Positions 14,907 to 24,079 are shown, counted from the stretch's first letter. The stretch: DNA of 35,003 nucleotides from a virus (IMGVR_UViG_3300012447_000003:1-35003), one strand, 5' to 3'. The notes: generated by a model not told the origin, from the sequence alone. A program made the numbers and translations.

Positions 14907-15865
14907 GGATTCGGACGATCAAACCTGAGTTCTGGGGATCCCCGGACGTTGCCCAGCTGGATTTCTTCGAGAGGTTGCTGTTCATCGGTCTCTGGTCGAT
15001 GGCTGACGACGAGGGGAGGCTGCTGGCAGACATGAACTGGATCAGGTCTCAACTCTTCCCCCTGGACGACCATGTCGGGGAGGACTCAGTGAGGACTCAT
15101 GGAGGACTCAGTGAGGACTCAGTGAGCCTTCATGGAGGCCTCATTCACCTCTCAAACATGGGTCTCATCACCCTGTATCAGGTCGACAACGGGCGCACCT
15201 ACTGTCAGGTCACGAATTTCACCACTCATCAGCGAATAAACCGACCTACTGAATCAAAGATTCCGCCTCTGACTAGGGGAAACATTCTGACTCATGGAGG
15301 CCTCACTGAGGACTCACTGAGGACTCATGGAGGACTCACTGAGGACTCATCACAGGAACAGGGAACAGGGAACAGGGAACAGGGAACAGGGAAGGTAATT
15401 GCTCAAACCGACGCTGACGCGACGGTGTTGAGCGACACACCCCCAACCGGCAACCAGCTGGAAGTGAGGGGCGGCGGAACGCCGACCCGTGGCAGCCGCC
15501 AGTACACTGACGAGTTCGAGAAGTTCTGGAAGACCTACCCGCGCAAGGTGGGCAAGGCCGAGGCAGCCAAGGCATTCACCAAGCTGATCAAGGGCGGCCA
15601 GGTGGACGCCAACCAGCTGACCGCTGCAGCCCAAGCCCACGCCCAGGCATGGCAGCAGTCCGGGACCAGCCAGGAATTCATCCCCCACGCATCCACCTGG
15701 CTGAACAAGGGCCGCTGGTCCGACGAGCCGGAGGTGCTGAACCGAACCGGCGATGGAAGACCCACCGCAGGGCTCAGCGACGACCAGTGGAAGCAGGCCT
15801 GGGAGCGGGCCCAGATCCTCGACGCCGACGATGACACCCAGCCGCCCAGCCCCGGATGGCCCTGA
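14903..15865 (+). CDS. Replication initiator / replisome-organiser-like protein (DnaD-like C-terminal motif FEKFWKTYPRKVGKAEAAKAF) that carries iteron repeats inside its coding sequence
   Basis: ATGA overlap start at 14903 (ORF-track start 14855). Tandem 11-bp DNA repeats encode the EDSVRTHGGL peptide repeats. The F..FW..YP.K.GK motif is typical of DnaD-like / phage replication proteins. Confidence 0.6.
   Translation: MRIRTIKPEFWGSPDVAQLDFFERLLFIGLWSMADDEGRLLADMNWIRSQLFPLDDHVGEDSVRTHGGLSEDSVSLHGGLIHLSNMGLITLYQVDNGRTYCQVTNFTTHQRINRPTESKIPPLTRGNILTHGGLTEDSLRTHGGLTEDSSQEQGTGNREQGTGKVIAQTDADATVLSDTPPTGNQLEVRGGGTPTRGSRQYTDEFEKFWKTYPRKVGKAEAAKAFTKLIKGGQVDANQLTAAAQAHAQAWQQSGTSQEFIPHASTWLNKGRWSDEPEVLNRTGDGRPTAGLSDDQWKQAWERAQILDADDDTQPPSPGWP
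15080..15145. repeat. Iteron cluster 1: six tandem 11-bp units (gaggactcagt, gaggactcatg, gaggactcagt, gaggactcagt, gagccttcatg, gaggcctcatt)
   Basis: Direct reading shows 11-bp (one helical turn) periodicity. Confidence 0.85.
15286..15351. repeat. Iteron cluster 2: ~5.5 tandem 11-bp units (gaggcctcact, gaggactcact, gaggactcatg, gaggactcact, gaggactcatc) of the GAGGACTCAnn consensus
   Basis: Direct reading. The core CTCA(C/G)TGAG is a near-palindrome. Confidence 0.85.
15354..15395. repeat. Six tandem 7-bp units (aggaaca, gggaaca x4, gggaagg) immediately 3' of iteron cluster 2
   Basis: Direct reading. A-rich purine tract next to the iterons, so probably part of the origin. Confidence 0.8.
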
Positions 15866-15978
15866 GAGCTTTAGCCATTAGCCGTGGAGCGCCTAACAAC
15901 CCCGCCCCCGTACAAAGGAGACCCCCAACGATTTCTAGGCCGTCAGAAATTACCCGTTCATCCAGAAGGACCAACGCC

Positions 15979-16242
15979 ATGTCACACACCTGCCACACCT
16001 GCGGACGCACCGACGGAAACCGCACCCAGCACTGCGTCGCCTGCCACCAAAGCTTCAACAGCACCACAGCCGGAGACATGCACCGCGTAGGCGACCACGG
16101 AACACGACAAGGCCCCAACCGCCGCCGCTGCCTCACCCCCGACGAAATGCGCCACAAGGGCATGACCCAGAACCCCCAAGGCGTCTGGATGGCAGCAAGA
16201 AAACTCAACCAGCAGGAAATCACCCGAAAGAGCCAGTCATGA
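15979..16242 (+). CDS. Zinc-ribbon-like hypothetical protein (CHTCG...HCVACH), 87 aa
   Basis: ATG 15979. First gene inside the C-rich skew block. Confidence 0.45.
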   Translation: MSHTCHTCGRTDGNRTQHCVACHQSFNSTTAGDMHRVGDHGTRQGPNRRRCLTPDEMRHKGMTQNPQGVWMAARKLNQQEITRKSQS

Positions 16243-16613
16243 ACCGCAAGGAAACCATCGCCCTCTGCCGATACCTCCAAGCCCTCTGCCCCAACCAGAA
16301 ACTCGACAAACACACCCCCGACGCCTGGGCAGACATCCTCGCCAACATCGACTACCTCGACGCCAAACTCGCCATCCGAAACATCACCCACCAAAACGAC
16401 AAATACGCCCTCAACATCGACGTGCGCATGATCTACAACGAAGCCAAAACCATCCGACAAAACCGCCGCAACAAAGCCGACCCCACCCCAACAGAAAACA
16501 ACCGGCCACCAACAAACCCAGCCGCCTACTGCGAATGGATGCGCAACCAAAACCACCAACAAGCCCAACTCGAAAAACAACAATGGGCCAACAACCACAC
16601 CATCAAATACTAA
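16239..16613 (+). CDS. Hypothetical protein (124 aa)
   Basis: ATGA overlap. Hydrophobic core residues interspersed with charged ones. Confidence 0.5.
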   Translation: MNRKETIALCRYLQALCPNQKLDKHTPDAWADILANIDYLDAKLAIRNITHQNDKYALNIDVRMIYNEAKTIRQNRRNKADPTPTENNRPPTNPAAYCEWMRNQNHQQAQLEKQQWANNHTIKY

Positions 16614-16644
16614 AAACCACCACACCCAAACCAGAAAAACAACC

Positions 16645-16845
16645 ATGAACACCAACCAAGCCGACGCCTACCGCGCCTGGATGGCCGCCGACCGCGTCAT
16701 CAACGGGACCGCCAGCCTCAACGACCTGCCAACCCAGCCACCACCCATCGCCCCGCCCCGCCACACCGACGCCAACACCATCCACGAAACCCGACGCAAG
16801 GCACAGACCAGAAACCAGCCCCACACGCGCTACGTTCGCCCCTAA
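16645..16845 (+). CDS. Possible small protein (66 aa)
   Basis: ORF only. Stop codons are scarce on this strand in this region, so the ORF is weak evidence. Confidence 0.3.
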   Translation: MNTNQADAYRAWMAADRVINGTASLNDLPTQPPPIAPPRHTDANTIHETRRKAQTRNQPHTRYVRP

Positions 16846-16856
16846 CGCACCAACAG

Positions 16857-17456
16857 GTGGCCCAGCGTCCAAATTGCACCCCCACCACCCGCAAGACCCT
16901 CAGAAAGGCGCACAGCACAAAAATGACGAAGCAAACCCACAAACGGCAAACCCCACAAGTCATCGCCAACCGACAACGCCAAGACAAAGCACTCGAACTC
17001 CGCAAAGCCGGAGCCACCTACAACCAAATCGCCACCCAACTCGGCTACTCCAGCCCATCCACCGCCCACAGAGCCGTCACCACAGCCCTCAACAGACTCT
17101 GCACCGACAACGCCGAACAACTCCTCAAACTCGAACTCACACGACTCGACCAAGCCACCCTCTGGGCAGCACAACGAGCCAAAGCAGGAGAACCAGCAGC
17201 CATCAACACCCTCGTACGAATCTCAGAACGCCGCGCCAAACTCCTCGGACTCGACAACAACGAAAAACGACTAGCCGACGCCGCAGAACAACAAGCAACC
17301 ATCGACAAACAACAAGCAAACCTCGTCATCAAACTCATAAAATCCGTCACCACAGCACTCGGATGCACCGAAGAACAACAAAACAAACTCCCAGAAATAC
17401 TCCACCAACAAATGATCGAACTCGGCCTCATCAACAACACGAAAGAAACCCGATGA
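16857..17456 (+). CDS. HTH-domain protein with coiled-coil C-terminus (199 aa from GTG 16857, or 177 aa from ATG 16923); possible terminase small subunit or regulator
   Basis: Segment ALELRKAGATYNQIATQLGYSSPSTAHRAVTTALNRL is a sigma-70 region-4-like HTH. Overlapping frame-2 ORF 16874..17452 is low-complexity and rejected. Confidence 0.5.
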   Translation: MAQRPNCTPTTRKTLRKAHSTKMTKQTHKRQTPQVIANRQRQDKALELRKAGATYNQIATQLGYSSPSTAHRAVTTALNRLCTDNAEQLLKLELTRLDQATLWAAQRAKAGEPAAINTLVRISERRAKLLGLDNNEKRLADAAEQQATIDKQQANLVIKLIKSVTTALGCTEEQQNKLPEILHQQMIELGLINNTKETR

Positions 17457-18136
17457 ACACCAGCGGCTACTGCAAAACACCCGGATGCCACACCAAAAAC
17501 CACTGGACAGAATGCACCCAACCACAATGCCCAGGCTGCATCCCAGCCCGCGCCACACACGGAAACCTGTGCAACCACCACTACAACCTCCTCACCACAC
17601 TCCTCTCCCACAACGCCCACAGCATCGAAGAAACCTACGAATGGCTCCTCCACAACCTCGGACAACACCTCCACACCACCAACACCAACCCACCCATCAC
17701 AGGAACCCGCACACCACAAACGCCACTCAACCTCACCGCCCACGACCTCGCTGACACCATCACCACCACCATCGCCGCCTGGGCAAACCTCCTCCACCAA
17801 CACCTCCACACCAACCACCCAACCCACAACATCTACGAAAACCTCGCCACACTCACCCGCCACATCGACACCATCACCACACTCGACTGGTGTCCCGACA
17901 TGCTCGACGAACTCCACCACCTCAACAACCAAGCCCTCACCGCCTTCCCCATCGACGACCACCCACGCCACTGTGACGGAATCCCATGCAGAACCTGCAA
18001 CCTCCCAGACCTATGGATCGACCCAGGAGACGAAAACGTCACCTGCCACACCTGCACCGCCACCTACACACCCAGCCAATACCGAGGCTGGATCAAATCC
18101 CTCTGGAACACCTGGAACCAGGACAACAAGCAATGA
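17453..18136 (+). CDS. Cys/His-rich hypothetical protein (228 aa); only the part of ORF 16874..18136 downstream of ATG 17453
   Basis: ATGA overlap with the preceding gene. CKTPGCH...CTQPQCPGC and CDGIPCRTC...CHTCTATY clusters suggest zinc binding. Confidence 0.5.
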   Translation: MNTSGYCKTPGCHTKNHWTECTQPQCPGCIPARATHGNLCNHHYNLLTTLLSHNAHSIEETYEWLLHNLGQHLHTTNTNPPITGTRTPQTPLNLTAHDLADTITTTIAAWANLLHQHLHTNHPTHNIYENLATLTRHIDTITTLDWCPDMLDELHHLNNQALTAFPIDDHPRHCDGIPCRTCNLPDLWIDPGDENVTCHTCTATYTPSQYRGWIKSLWNTWNQDNKQ

Positions 18137-18417
18137 ACCCAACCACACAACAAGCAGCCACCATGCTCGGACGAACCCCCCAAGCAATCAGACACTGGCA
18201 CACACGAGGACTCATCAACCCCACCAACCCAGGACACAAACCACTCCGCTGGAACTGGCCCACCCTGCTGGCCGCCGACGCCGAAACACGCCGAACCACA
18301 CCAACACCAGCACTTCTGTACAAAGCCGAAAAAGATCTGGCACAATGGCAGCAGGGACGAGTGCACCCACAAGCCACACCGAAACGCCCCACCCACCAAC
18401 CCACACACACAAGGTGA
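18133..18417 (+). CDS. HTH_17 (excisionase/MerR-like) DNA-binding protein (94 aa); possible small terminase-associated or regulatory protein
   Basis: ATGA overlap. Segment AATMLGRTPQAIRHWHTRGLI is HTH-like. Confidence 0.5.
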   Translation: MNPTTQQAATMLGRTPQAIRHWHTRGLINPTNPGHKPLRWNWPTLLAADAETRRTTPTPALLYKAEKDLAQWQQGRVHPQATPKRPTHQPTHTR

Positions 18418-18420
18418 GCC

Positions 18421-19635
18421 ATGCCCACACACAACCTCGACACCCACACGCTCACCATCAACGAACTCCACCCCTACTACCGCAACCCCAGAAAAGGCGA
18501 CACCAAAGCCATAGCAAGAAGCCTCGACACCAACGGCCAATACCGGCCCATCGTCGTCAACACCGGACGCCAAACAGGACGCCCACTCGAAATCCTCGCC
18601 GGCAACCACACATGGAAAGCAGCGAAAACCCTCGGCTGGGACACCATCCAGGCAGTCACCATCGACGTTGACAACCTACAAGCCGCACGCATCATCGCAG
18701 CAGACAACCGCACCGCAGACCTCGGCGACTACGACAACACCATCCTCGCCAACCTCCTCGAAGACATAGGCGACCTCGACGGAACCGGCTACACAGACAT
18801 CGACCTCGACAACCTCCTCGGCAACACCGCCCAAGACACCACAAACACCGACGACACCACACCCCCACAAACACCCATAAGCCGCACCGGAGATGTCTGG
18901 CACCTCGGAGGGAGCACGCTAGTAGTCGGCGACGGAACAAACAACGATGCCCTCAACGAAGCACTACACGGACACACAGCAGACCTGTACGTCACCGACC
19001 CCCCATACAACGTCGCCTACCAAGGGAAAACACAACAGCGCCTCACAATCCAAAACGACCACGTCGAGGACACAGCATTCATAGAGTTCCTCACATCACT
19101 GTTCACCGCAGCGTTCAACCACACAGGAAACGGATGCGGCGCATACGTGTTCCACGCAACCTCCACACAAACCCAGTTCCTGGAGGCCTTCAAAAAAGCA
19201 GGATTCGACTACAAGCAAACACTGATCTGGGTGAAGAACACGCTCGTCCTCGGACGGCAGGACTACCAGTGGATGCACGAACCCATCATCTACGGCTGGA
19301 AACCCAAAGGCCCCCACCACTGGTACGGAGGACGCAACAAAACAACCGTGCTGGAGTGCGACAAACCGCCAGCCAACCGCGACCACCCCACCATGAAACC
19401 CATCAACCTCATAGGCGAACTGATCCACAACTCCAGCAAGCCAGGAGACATCATCCTCGACACCTGCGCCGGCTCCGGAACCACACTCCTGGCAGCACAC
19501 CAAATCGACAGAACAGCCGCCGTCATCGAAATAGACCCACGATACGCAGACGTCATCTGCAAACGCTTCCAAACAATGACCGGTGAACTGCCACAACGAG
19601 ACGGGGAAGAGATAAACTTCATCGACAACGAATAA
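18421..19635 (+). CDS. ParB-like nuclease N-domain fused to N6-adenine/N4-cytosine DNA methyltransferase (404 aa)
   Basis: ParB/Srx motif ILAGNHTWKAAKTLGW. Methylase motif IV DPPYN and motif I CAGSGTT. This fusion is common upstream of phage terminases. Confidence 0.8.
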   Translation: MPTHNLDTHTLTINELHPYYRNPRKGDTKAIARSLDTNGQYRPIVVNTGRQTGRPLEILAGNHTWKAAKTLGWDTIQAVTIDVDNLQAARIIAADNRTADLGDYDNTILANLLEDIGDLDGTGYTDIDLDNLLGNTAQDTTNTDDTTPPQTPISRTGDVWHLGGSTLVVGDGTNNDALNEALHGHTADLYVTDPPYNVAYQGKTQQRLTIQNDHVEDTAFIEFLTSLFTAAFNHTGNGCGAYVFHATSTQTQFLEAFKKAGFDYKQTLIWVKNTLVLGRQDYQWMHEPIIYGWKPKGPHHWYGGRNKTTVLECDKPPANRDHPTMKPINLIGELIHNSSKPGDIILDTCAGSGTTLLAAHQIDRTAAVIEIDPRYADVICKRFQTMTGELPQRDGEEINFIDNE

Positions 19636-19654
19636 GCAAGGAGGCCCCCACACA

Positions 19655-21076
19655 ATGGCCTCCAACCTTTTCCAAACGATCGACTCAATGTTCTGCCGTG
19701 CCAGCCACCCACAATGGAACACCCCAGGCGACATGGCCCAACACCTCGACCCCGCCACCGTCCAAACCCCAGCACTACGCCTCATCGACACCGAGCTCAC
19801 CCAACTCGCCGACAACCCCGACGGCCGCCTCATCATCTCCATGCCCCCACAGGAAGGAAAATCGGAACGCGCCTCCCGCCGCTTCCCCCTGTGGTGCCTC
19901 ACCCACAACCCAGACACCCGCATCGCCATCGCCTCCTACGCTCTCTCAGTAGCCAGACGGTGGGGTCGCATCATCCGCGACGACATCGCCTCCCACCCCA
20001 GCCTCGGGCTCACCGTCCGCCCCGACCTGTCAGCCCAGCACGAGTGGCAGCTCGCCGGACATGACGGTGGCGTCTACGCCACCGGCGTAGGCGGCAGCCT
20101 CACTGGACGCGCCGTCGACCTGCTCATCATCGACGACCCCATCAAAGACCGCGAACAAGCAGACTCCACCATCTACCGCAACCGCGTCTGGGACTGGTGG
20201 ACCGACGTCGCATCCACCCGCCTCGCCCCCGGCGCACCAGTCATCCTGATCCTCACCCGCTGGCACCAAGACGACCTGGCAGGACGCCTCCTCAACGCCC
20301 CCGACGGCAACCGGTGGAAGCTCCTCAACATCCCCGCCCAAGCCGAAACCAGCAACGACCCACTAGGGCGCAAACCCGGCCAGTGGCTCCAATCCTCCCG
20401 CCGCCGAACCCCACAGCAGTGGGAAGCCATCAAACAACAAGCAGGCTCCCGCACATTCGCATCCCTCTACCAAGGACACCCCTCACCGCCCGGCGGAACC
20501 ATCTTCAACCGTGACCACTGGATCATCGACCCACACCCCGCCTGGCAGGCAGACAACAACCAGCAGCACTGGGTCGCCTCCGGGCAGGTGTTCACCTCAT
20601 GGGACCTCACCTTCAAAAGCGGCGAACACACAGACTGGGTCGTCGGACAGGTCTGGCAGCACGACGGCACAACCCTGCGCCTCCTCGACCAGGCACGAGG
20701 ACGCTGGTCCTTCACCGAAACCTGCCAACACATGCAGCAACTCGCGGCACGATGGCCACAAGCCACCGCCCACCTCGTCGAGGACAAAGCCAACGGCCCA
20801 GCCGTCATCGACGCCCTCCACTCCACCATCACAGGACTCGTCCCCGTCCAGCCACAAGGCGGAAAAGAATCCCGCGCCAACGTCGTCCAACCCCTCGTCG
20901 AGGCCGGAAACATCCACCTGCCCGGCTACGAACCCTGGTGCGGAGACCTCATCGAGGAACTCGCCGCCTTCCCCAACGCCACCCACGACGACCAGGTAGA
21001 CGCCCTCACCCAGGCACTCACGTGGGCCGTCGTCACACGCCGCAGAAAAGGCAACACATTCACACCCCTCGGATAG
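19655..21076 (+). CDS. Terminase large subunit (473 aa)
   Basis: Strong RBS aaggagg. Walker-like and Terminase_6 motifs (ISMPPQEGKSE; LLIIDDP; ILTRWHQDD). Nuclease domain at the C-terminus. Confidence 0.85.
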   Translation: MASNLFQTIDSMFCRASHPQWNTPGDMAQHLDPATVQTPALRLIDTELTQLADNPDGRLIISMPPQEGKSERASRRFPLWCLTHNPDTRIAIASYALSVARRWGRIIRDDIASHPSLGLTVRPDLSAQHEWQLAGHDGGVYATGVGGSLTGRAVDLLIIDDPIKDREQADSTIYRNRVWDWWTDVASTRLAPGAPVILILTRWHQDDLAGRLLNAPDGNRWKLLNIPAQAETSNDPLGRKPGQWLQSSRRRTPQQWEAIKQQAGSRTFASLYQGHPSPPGGTIFNRDHWIIDPHPAWQADNNQQHWVASGQVFTSWDLTFKSGEHTDWVVGQVWQHDGTTLRLLDQARGRWSFTETCQHMQQLAARWPQATAHLVEDKANGPAVIDALHSTITGLVPVQPQGGKESRANVVQPLVEAGNIHLPGYEPWCGDLIEELAAFPNATHDDQVDALTQALTWAVVTRRRKGNTFTPLG

Positions 21077-21087
21077 GAGTTCGGCCC

Positions 21088-22431
21088 ATGAGTATCCTCA
21101 CAGACGCCATCACACAATGGGCCACCCGACAAAACACCTACCGGCTCCTCCACGACTACTATCGCGGCAACCACCAGCTACGCTTCGCATCCCGCGACTA
21201 TCTGACGAAACAAACCCAGAAACTGTTGACCGACACGGTCATGTCGCTGCGAGAAAACCTGTGCCCCGCCGCCGTCACCGCATTCACCGACGGCATCGCC
21301 ATCCAGCAATGGACCACCACCGATGATGGCCTCGACAACGACGGGGCCGCGAAACTCCACGGACTGTCCCGGCTAGAAGGCTTCATCGACCGGGCAGGAT
21401 TCATCTACGGTGACGCCTACGCGATCGTCTGGCCCGGCCGAGACGGCACCCCCTCCCCCGTATTTTGCGACCCCACCACCATGGCCGCACAACCCGACCC
21501 AGACGACCCCTCCCAGCTGGCATGGGCCGCCCGCATCTGGACCGACGACGGGTACGGCCGGGTCAACCTGTACCTGCCAGACCGTTTGGAGCGTTGGATC
21601 ACCAAGCATCAAATCGGCGGCGACATGCCCACCACAGACGACGCATGGACCGGCTGCACCGATGATGACGGAGACACCATCACCCACCCATTCGGTGTCG
21701 TCCCCGTCTGCTGGTGGAAACGCGACCCAGACGACCACATGTCCCACGGCCACTCCATCCTCACCGACGTCATCCCCCTCCAAGACGCCCTCAACAAAAC
21801 GTTGGCCGACCTCATCATCACCACCGAAACCTACGCCCGCCCCTTCTACGCCCTGCTCAACCACGACGTGGAAACAACGGTGCACAACCCGTACGCCCCC
21901 ACCCCAACCAGGCCCAGTCAGGGAATCAACTTCGACAAACAGCAAATCTGGGCAACCAACGGCCCCGGCCCGCTGCTGCGTTTCGACCCTCCCGACCTCA
22001 CCCCACTGCTGAAAGTCCAAGACGCGTTCGCCGCGAAAATCGCCCGCGTCGTCGGCATCCCCTACCACTATCTCTCCCAAACCTCCGGCGATGTGCCCTC
22101 CGGTGAAGCCCTCCGCATCCTCTCCACCAGACGCACCGCCACCATCCGGGCATGGCAGCGAGACGCCGAACCCGTCTGGAACGGCCTCCTCCAACTGCTG
22201 GGAGTCGACCCCGGAATCCAATGGGCCGAACCCATGCCACTCGACCCCCTCGAACAACTACAGGTCGCCCAAGCCAAACAACAGTTGGGCTACGCCCTCG
22301 TCGACATTGTTCACAGCCTGGACGAACCCGACCCGGAAGGTGTCGTACAGAGAGCCACCGACCAACAAGCCCAATCCGCGGCGGCCGCCGGACGCGCCCT
22401 CATGAACGGCACCCTCAACTATGACCGCTAA
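21088..22431 (+). CDS. Portal protein (SPP1 gp6-like), 447 aa
   Basis: RBS aggag. Size and position after terminase. N-terminal YYRGNHQL. The ORF-track start 20599 overlaps terL and is rejected. Confidence 0.8.
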   Translation: MSILTDAITQWATRQNTYRLLHDYYRGNHQLRFASRDYLTKQTQKLLTDTVMSLRENLCPAAVTAFTDGIAIQQWTTTDDGLDNDGAAKLHGLSRLEGFIDRAGFIYGDAYAIVWPGRDGTPSPVFCDPTTMAAQPDPDDPSQLAWAARIWTDDGYGRVNLYLPDRLERWITKHQIGGDMPTTDDAWTGCTDDDGDTITHPFGVVPVCWWKRDPDDHMSHGHSILTDVIPLQDALNKTLADLIITTETYARPFYALLNHDVETTVHNPYAPTPTRPSQGINFDKQQIWATNGPGPLLRFDPPDLTPLLKVQDAFAAKIARVVGIPYHYLSQTSGDVPSGEALRILSTRRTATIRAWQRDAEPVWNGLLQLLGVDPGIQWAEPMPLDPLEQLQVAQAKQQLGYALVDIVHSLDEPDPEGVVQRATDQQAQSAAAAGRALMNGTLNYDR

Positions 22432-23503
22432 CCAGCGCACCCTCACCGAGCTGCTACGTCAGCGCCATGTGATCGACCGTATCCAAGACGATCAGACACG
22501 GATGCTCGCCCAACACTGGGCCTCCACCTGGGACGCTATTGAATCCGAACTGCGCACCACCACACTCGCCCTCGCACAACTCGACGACGACTCCAAAGCT
22601 TCGGCTGCAATCCGCAACGTCAAAGCCAGAGACGCCCTTGCTATCGCCTCCGACGGCCTCACCGACTGCCTCGCCACCTCCAACCTGAACGCCGCCGATG
22701 TGGCACGCCGTCTCATCGCCCAAGCCACCTCCGACCAAGACGCGCTCATAGCCACCCAGCTACCGGCCGGGCACACCATCAACCTCGCCTCGGTGGACGC
22801 CCGACAAATCGATGCGATCATGCGGCGCACCCTCGACCAGATCACCGTGCGCCACTGGCACCTCAACCAGGCAGCCACCGCATCCATGAAACGAAACCTG
22901 GCTGTCGGTGTCACGCTGGGACGCAACCCGAAACAGGTGGCCGAGCACATGGTCAACATGGTTCAAGGCGACTTCGAGGGAGGCCTGGCCCGCGCCCTCG
23001 TCATCGCACGAACCGAACAACTCGACGCCTACAGGGCCGCCGCGCAAGCCCACCACAACACCAACCGTGGCGTGCTCCAAGGATGGCAATGGTACGCCGA
23101 GCTAGACCATCGCACGTGTGCCTCCTGCATCTCCCACCATGGCGAACTCCATCCCCTCGACGACCCCGGCCCCCTCGACCACCACCAAGGCCGATGCTCC
23201 CGCCTCCCCGTCACCAAAACATGGAGCCAACTCGGGTTTGACGACATCGACGAACCCCCCACAGCACTGGACGAGGACGCCGGATACCAATGGTTCCAAA
23301 ACCAGCCGGAAACCATGCAGAAAAACATTCTCGGCCCCAAAAGATACGACGCCTGGACCGGCGGAAGATACCCTGTAGACGACTGGACCATTCGCAAACA
23401 CCACTGGTCACGCGACGAAAACGGGAATCTGGTGCAGGACTGGCGAGACTCCTACCATGTGGGCCCCATCAAAACCCCATCAACCCTCGACATGAAAGGT
23501 TAA
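22421..23503 (+). CDS. MuF-like minor head / capsid morphogenesis protein (360 aa)
   Basis: Phage_Mu_F-like core (ARTEQ..AYRAA; WQW.AELDHRTCASCISHHG). Follows the portal. Confidence 0.75.
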   Translation: MTANQRTLTELLRQRHVIDRIQDDQTRMLAQHWASTWDAIESELRTTTLALAQLDDDSKASAAIRNVKARDALAIASDGLTDCLATSNLNAADVARRLIAQATSDQDALIATQLPAGHTINLASVDARQIDAIMRRTLDQITVRHWHLNQAATASMKRNLAVGVTLGRNPKQVAEHMVNMVQGDFEGGLARALVIARTEQLDAYRAAAQAHHNTNRGVLQGWQWYAELDHRTCASCISHHGELHPLDDPGPLDHHQGRCSRLPVTKTWSQLGFDDIDEPPTALDEDAGYQWFQNQPETMQKNILGPKRYDAWTGGRYPVDDWTIRKHHWSRDENGNLVQDWRDSYHVGPIKTPSTLDMKG

Positions 23504-23509
23504 TCCGAG

Positions 23510-24079
23510 ATGGACGACACCACCACAGAAACCGACGAAACAAATACCACCAATGATGCTAAACTGGGTGGCGACAACGGCACCACTGACACCAGCAGCG
23601 AGACGCCAACAAGTGACAGTGAAGGACGCGGATCCAAAAACGCGGTCCTAGCCGACCTCGCCCGGGAACGCGACAAGCGCCACCAGCTCGAAAAGCAATT
23701 CGCCGAATTCCGCGACGGACTCGGCAAAGCCCTGGGTTTGACCCCAGACGAGCAGCCCACCCCAGAACAACTCACCAGACAGTTGGCAGAGTCGCAGGCG
23801 GCTACCCGTGCAGCACAAACACAGCTGGCAGTCCTGCAGAATCTGCCAGACGGTGTGGACCGGGAAGCCCTGCTCGACTCCACCGCCTTCCACAAGGTGA
23901 TCTCCGACGCGACGCCGGACACGATCGCCGACACCATCACCACGTTCGTTGAGCAGCACCCCCGCTTCAAGACGAAGCCCGCCGGGATGCGCGACCTCAA
24001 CACCCCCACCACCACATCTGACCCTGTCGACCCGATCGCCGCGGCCCTCACAGCTGCCGTCGGGCAACGACACCGATAA
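23510..24079 (+). CDS. Scaffolding protein (189 aa, acidic, helical)
   Basis: Position between MuF and major capsid. Low-complexity acidic N-terminus and a region predicted coiled-coil from composition. Confidence 0.6.
   Translation: MDDTTTETDETNTTNDAKLGGDNGTTDTSSETPTSDSEGRGSKNAVLADLARERDKRHQLEKQFAEFRDGLGKALGLTPDEQPTPEQLTRQLAESQAATRAAQTQLAVLQNLPDGVDREALLDSTAFHKVISDATPDTIADTITTFVEQHPRFKTKPAGMRDLNTPTTTSDPVDPIAAALTAAVGQRHR

Noticed and set aside
6235-15279. 13-bp exact match CTCTGACTAGGGG shared by attP (6235..6247) and the origin region (15267..15279)
   Set aside because: A 13-mer match is within chance expectation for a 35-kb sequence. It is not treated as a shared protein-binding site, though the TGACTAG motifs within attP are noted.
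15080-15395. Possible CRISPR array suggested by the short tandem repeats
   Set aside because: Units are 11 bp and 7 bp, tandem and without spacers, and they lie inside a coding sequence. They are iterons of a replication origin, not CRISPR repeats.
15774-16655. Long minus-strand ORFs antisense to + strand genes (15774..16655, 17045..17971, 19096..19929, 21373..22257, 23500..24396, 23648..25018, 27974..29371, 30335..32431 and others)
   Set aside because: They lie antisense to well-supported phage genes. Their length is explained by high GC and, in the skew block, by the near absence of A/C-rich stop codons on the G/T-rich minus strand. Their translations are low-complexity Gly/Val/Arg-rich with no gene-like context.
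16874-18671. Overlapping long + strand ORFs in alternative frames (N-terminal 193 aa of 16874..18136; 17973..18671; 17986..18132; 17485..17754)
   Set aside because: The + strand here is so T-poor that stop codons are rare in every frame. The translations are Pro/Thr/His/Arg low-complexity. The supported genes are 16857..17456, 17453..18136 and 18133..18417, linked by ATGA overlaps.
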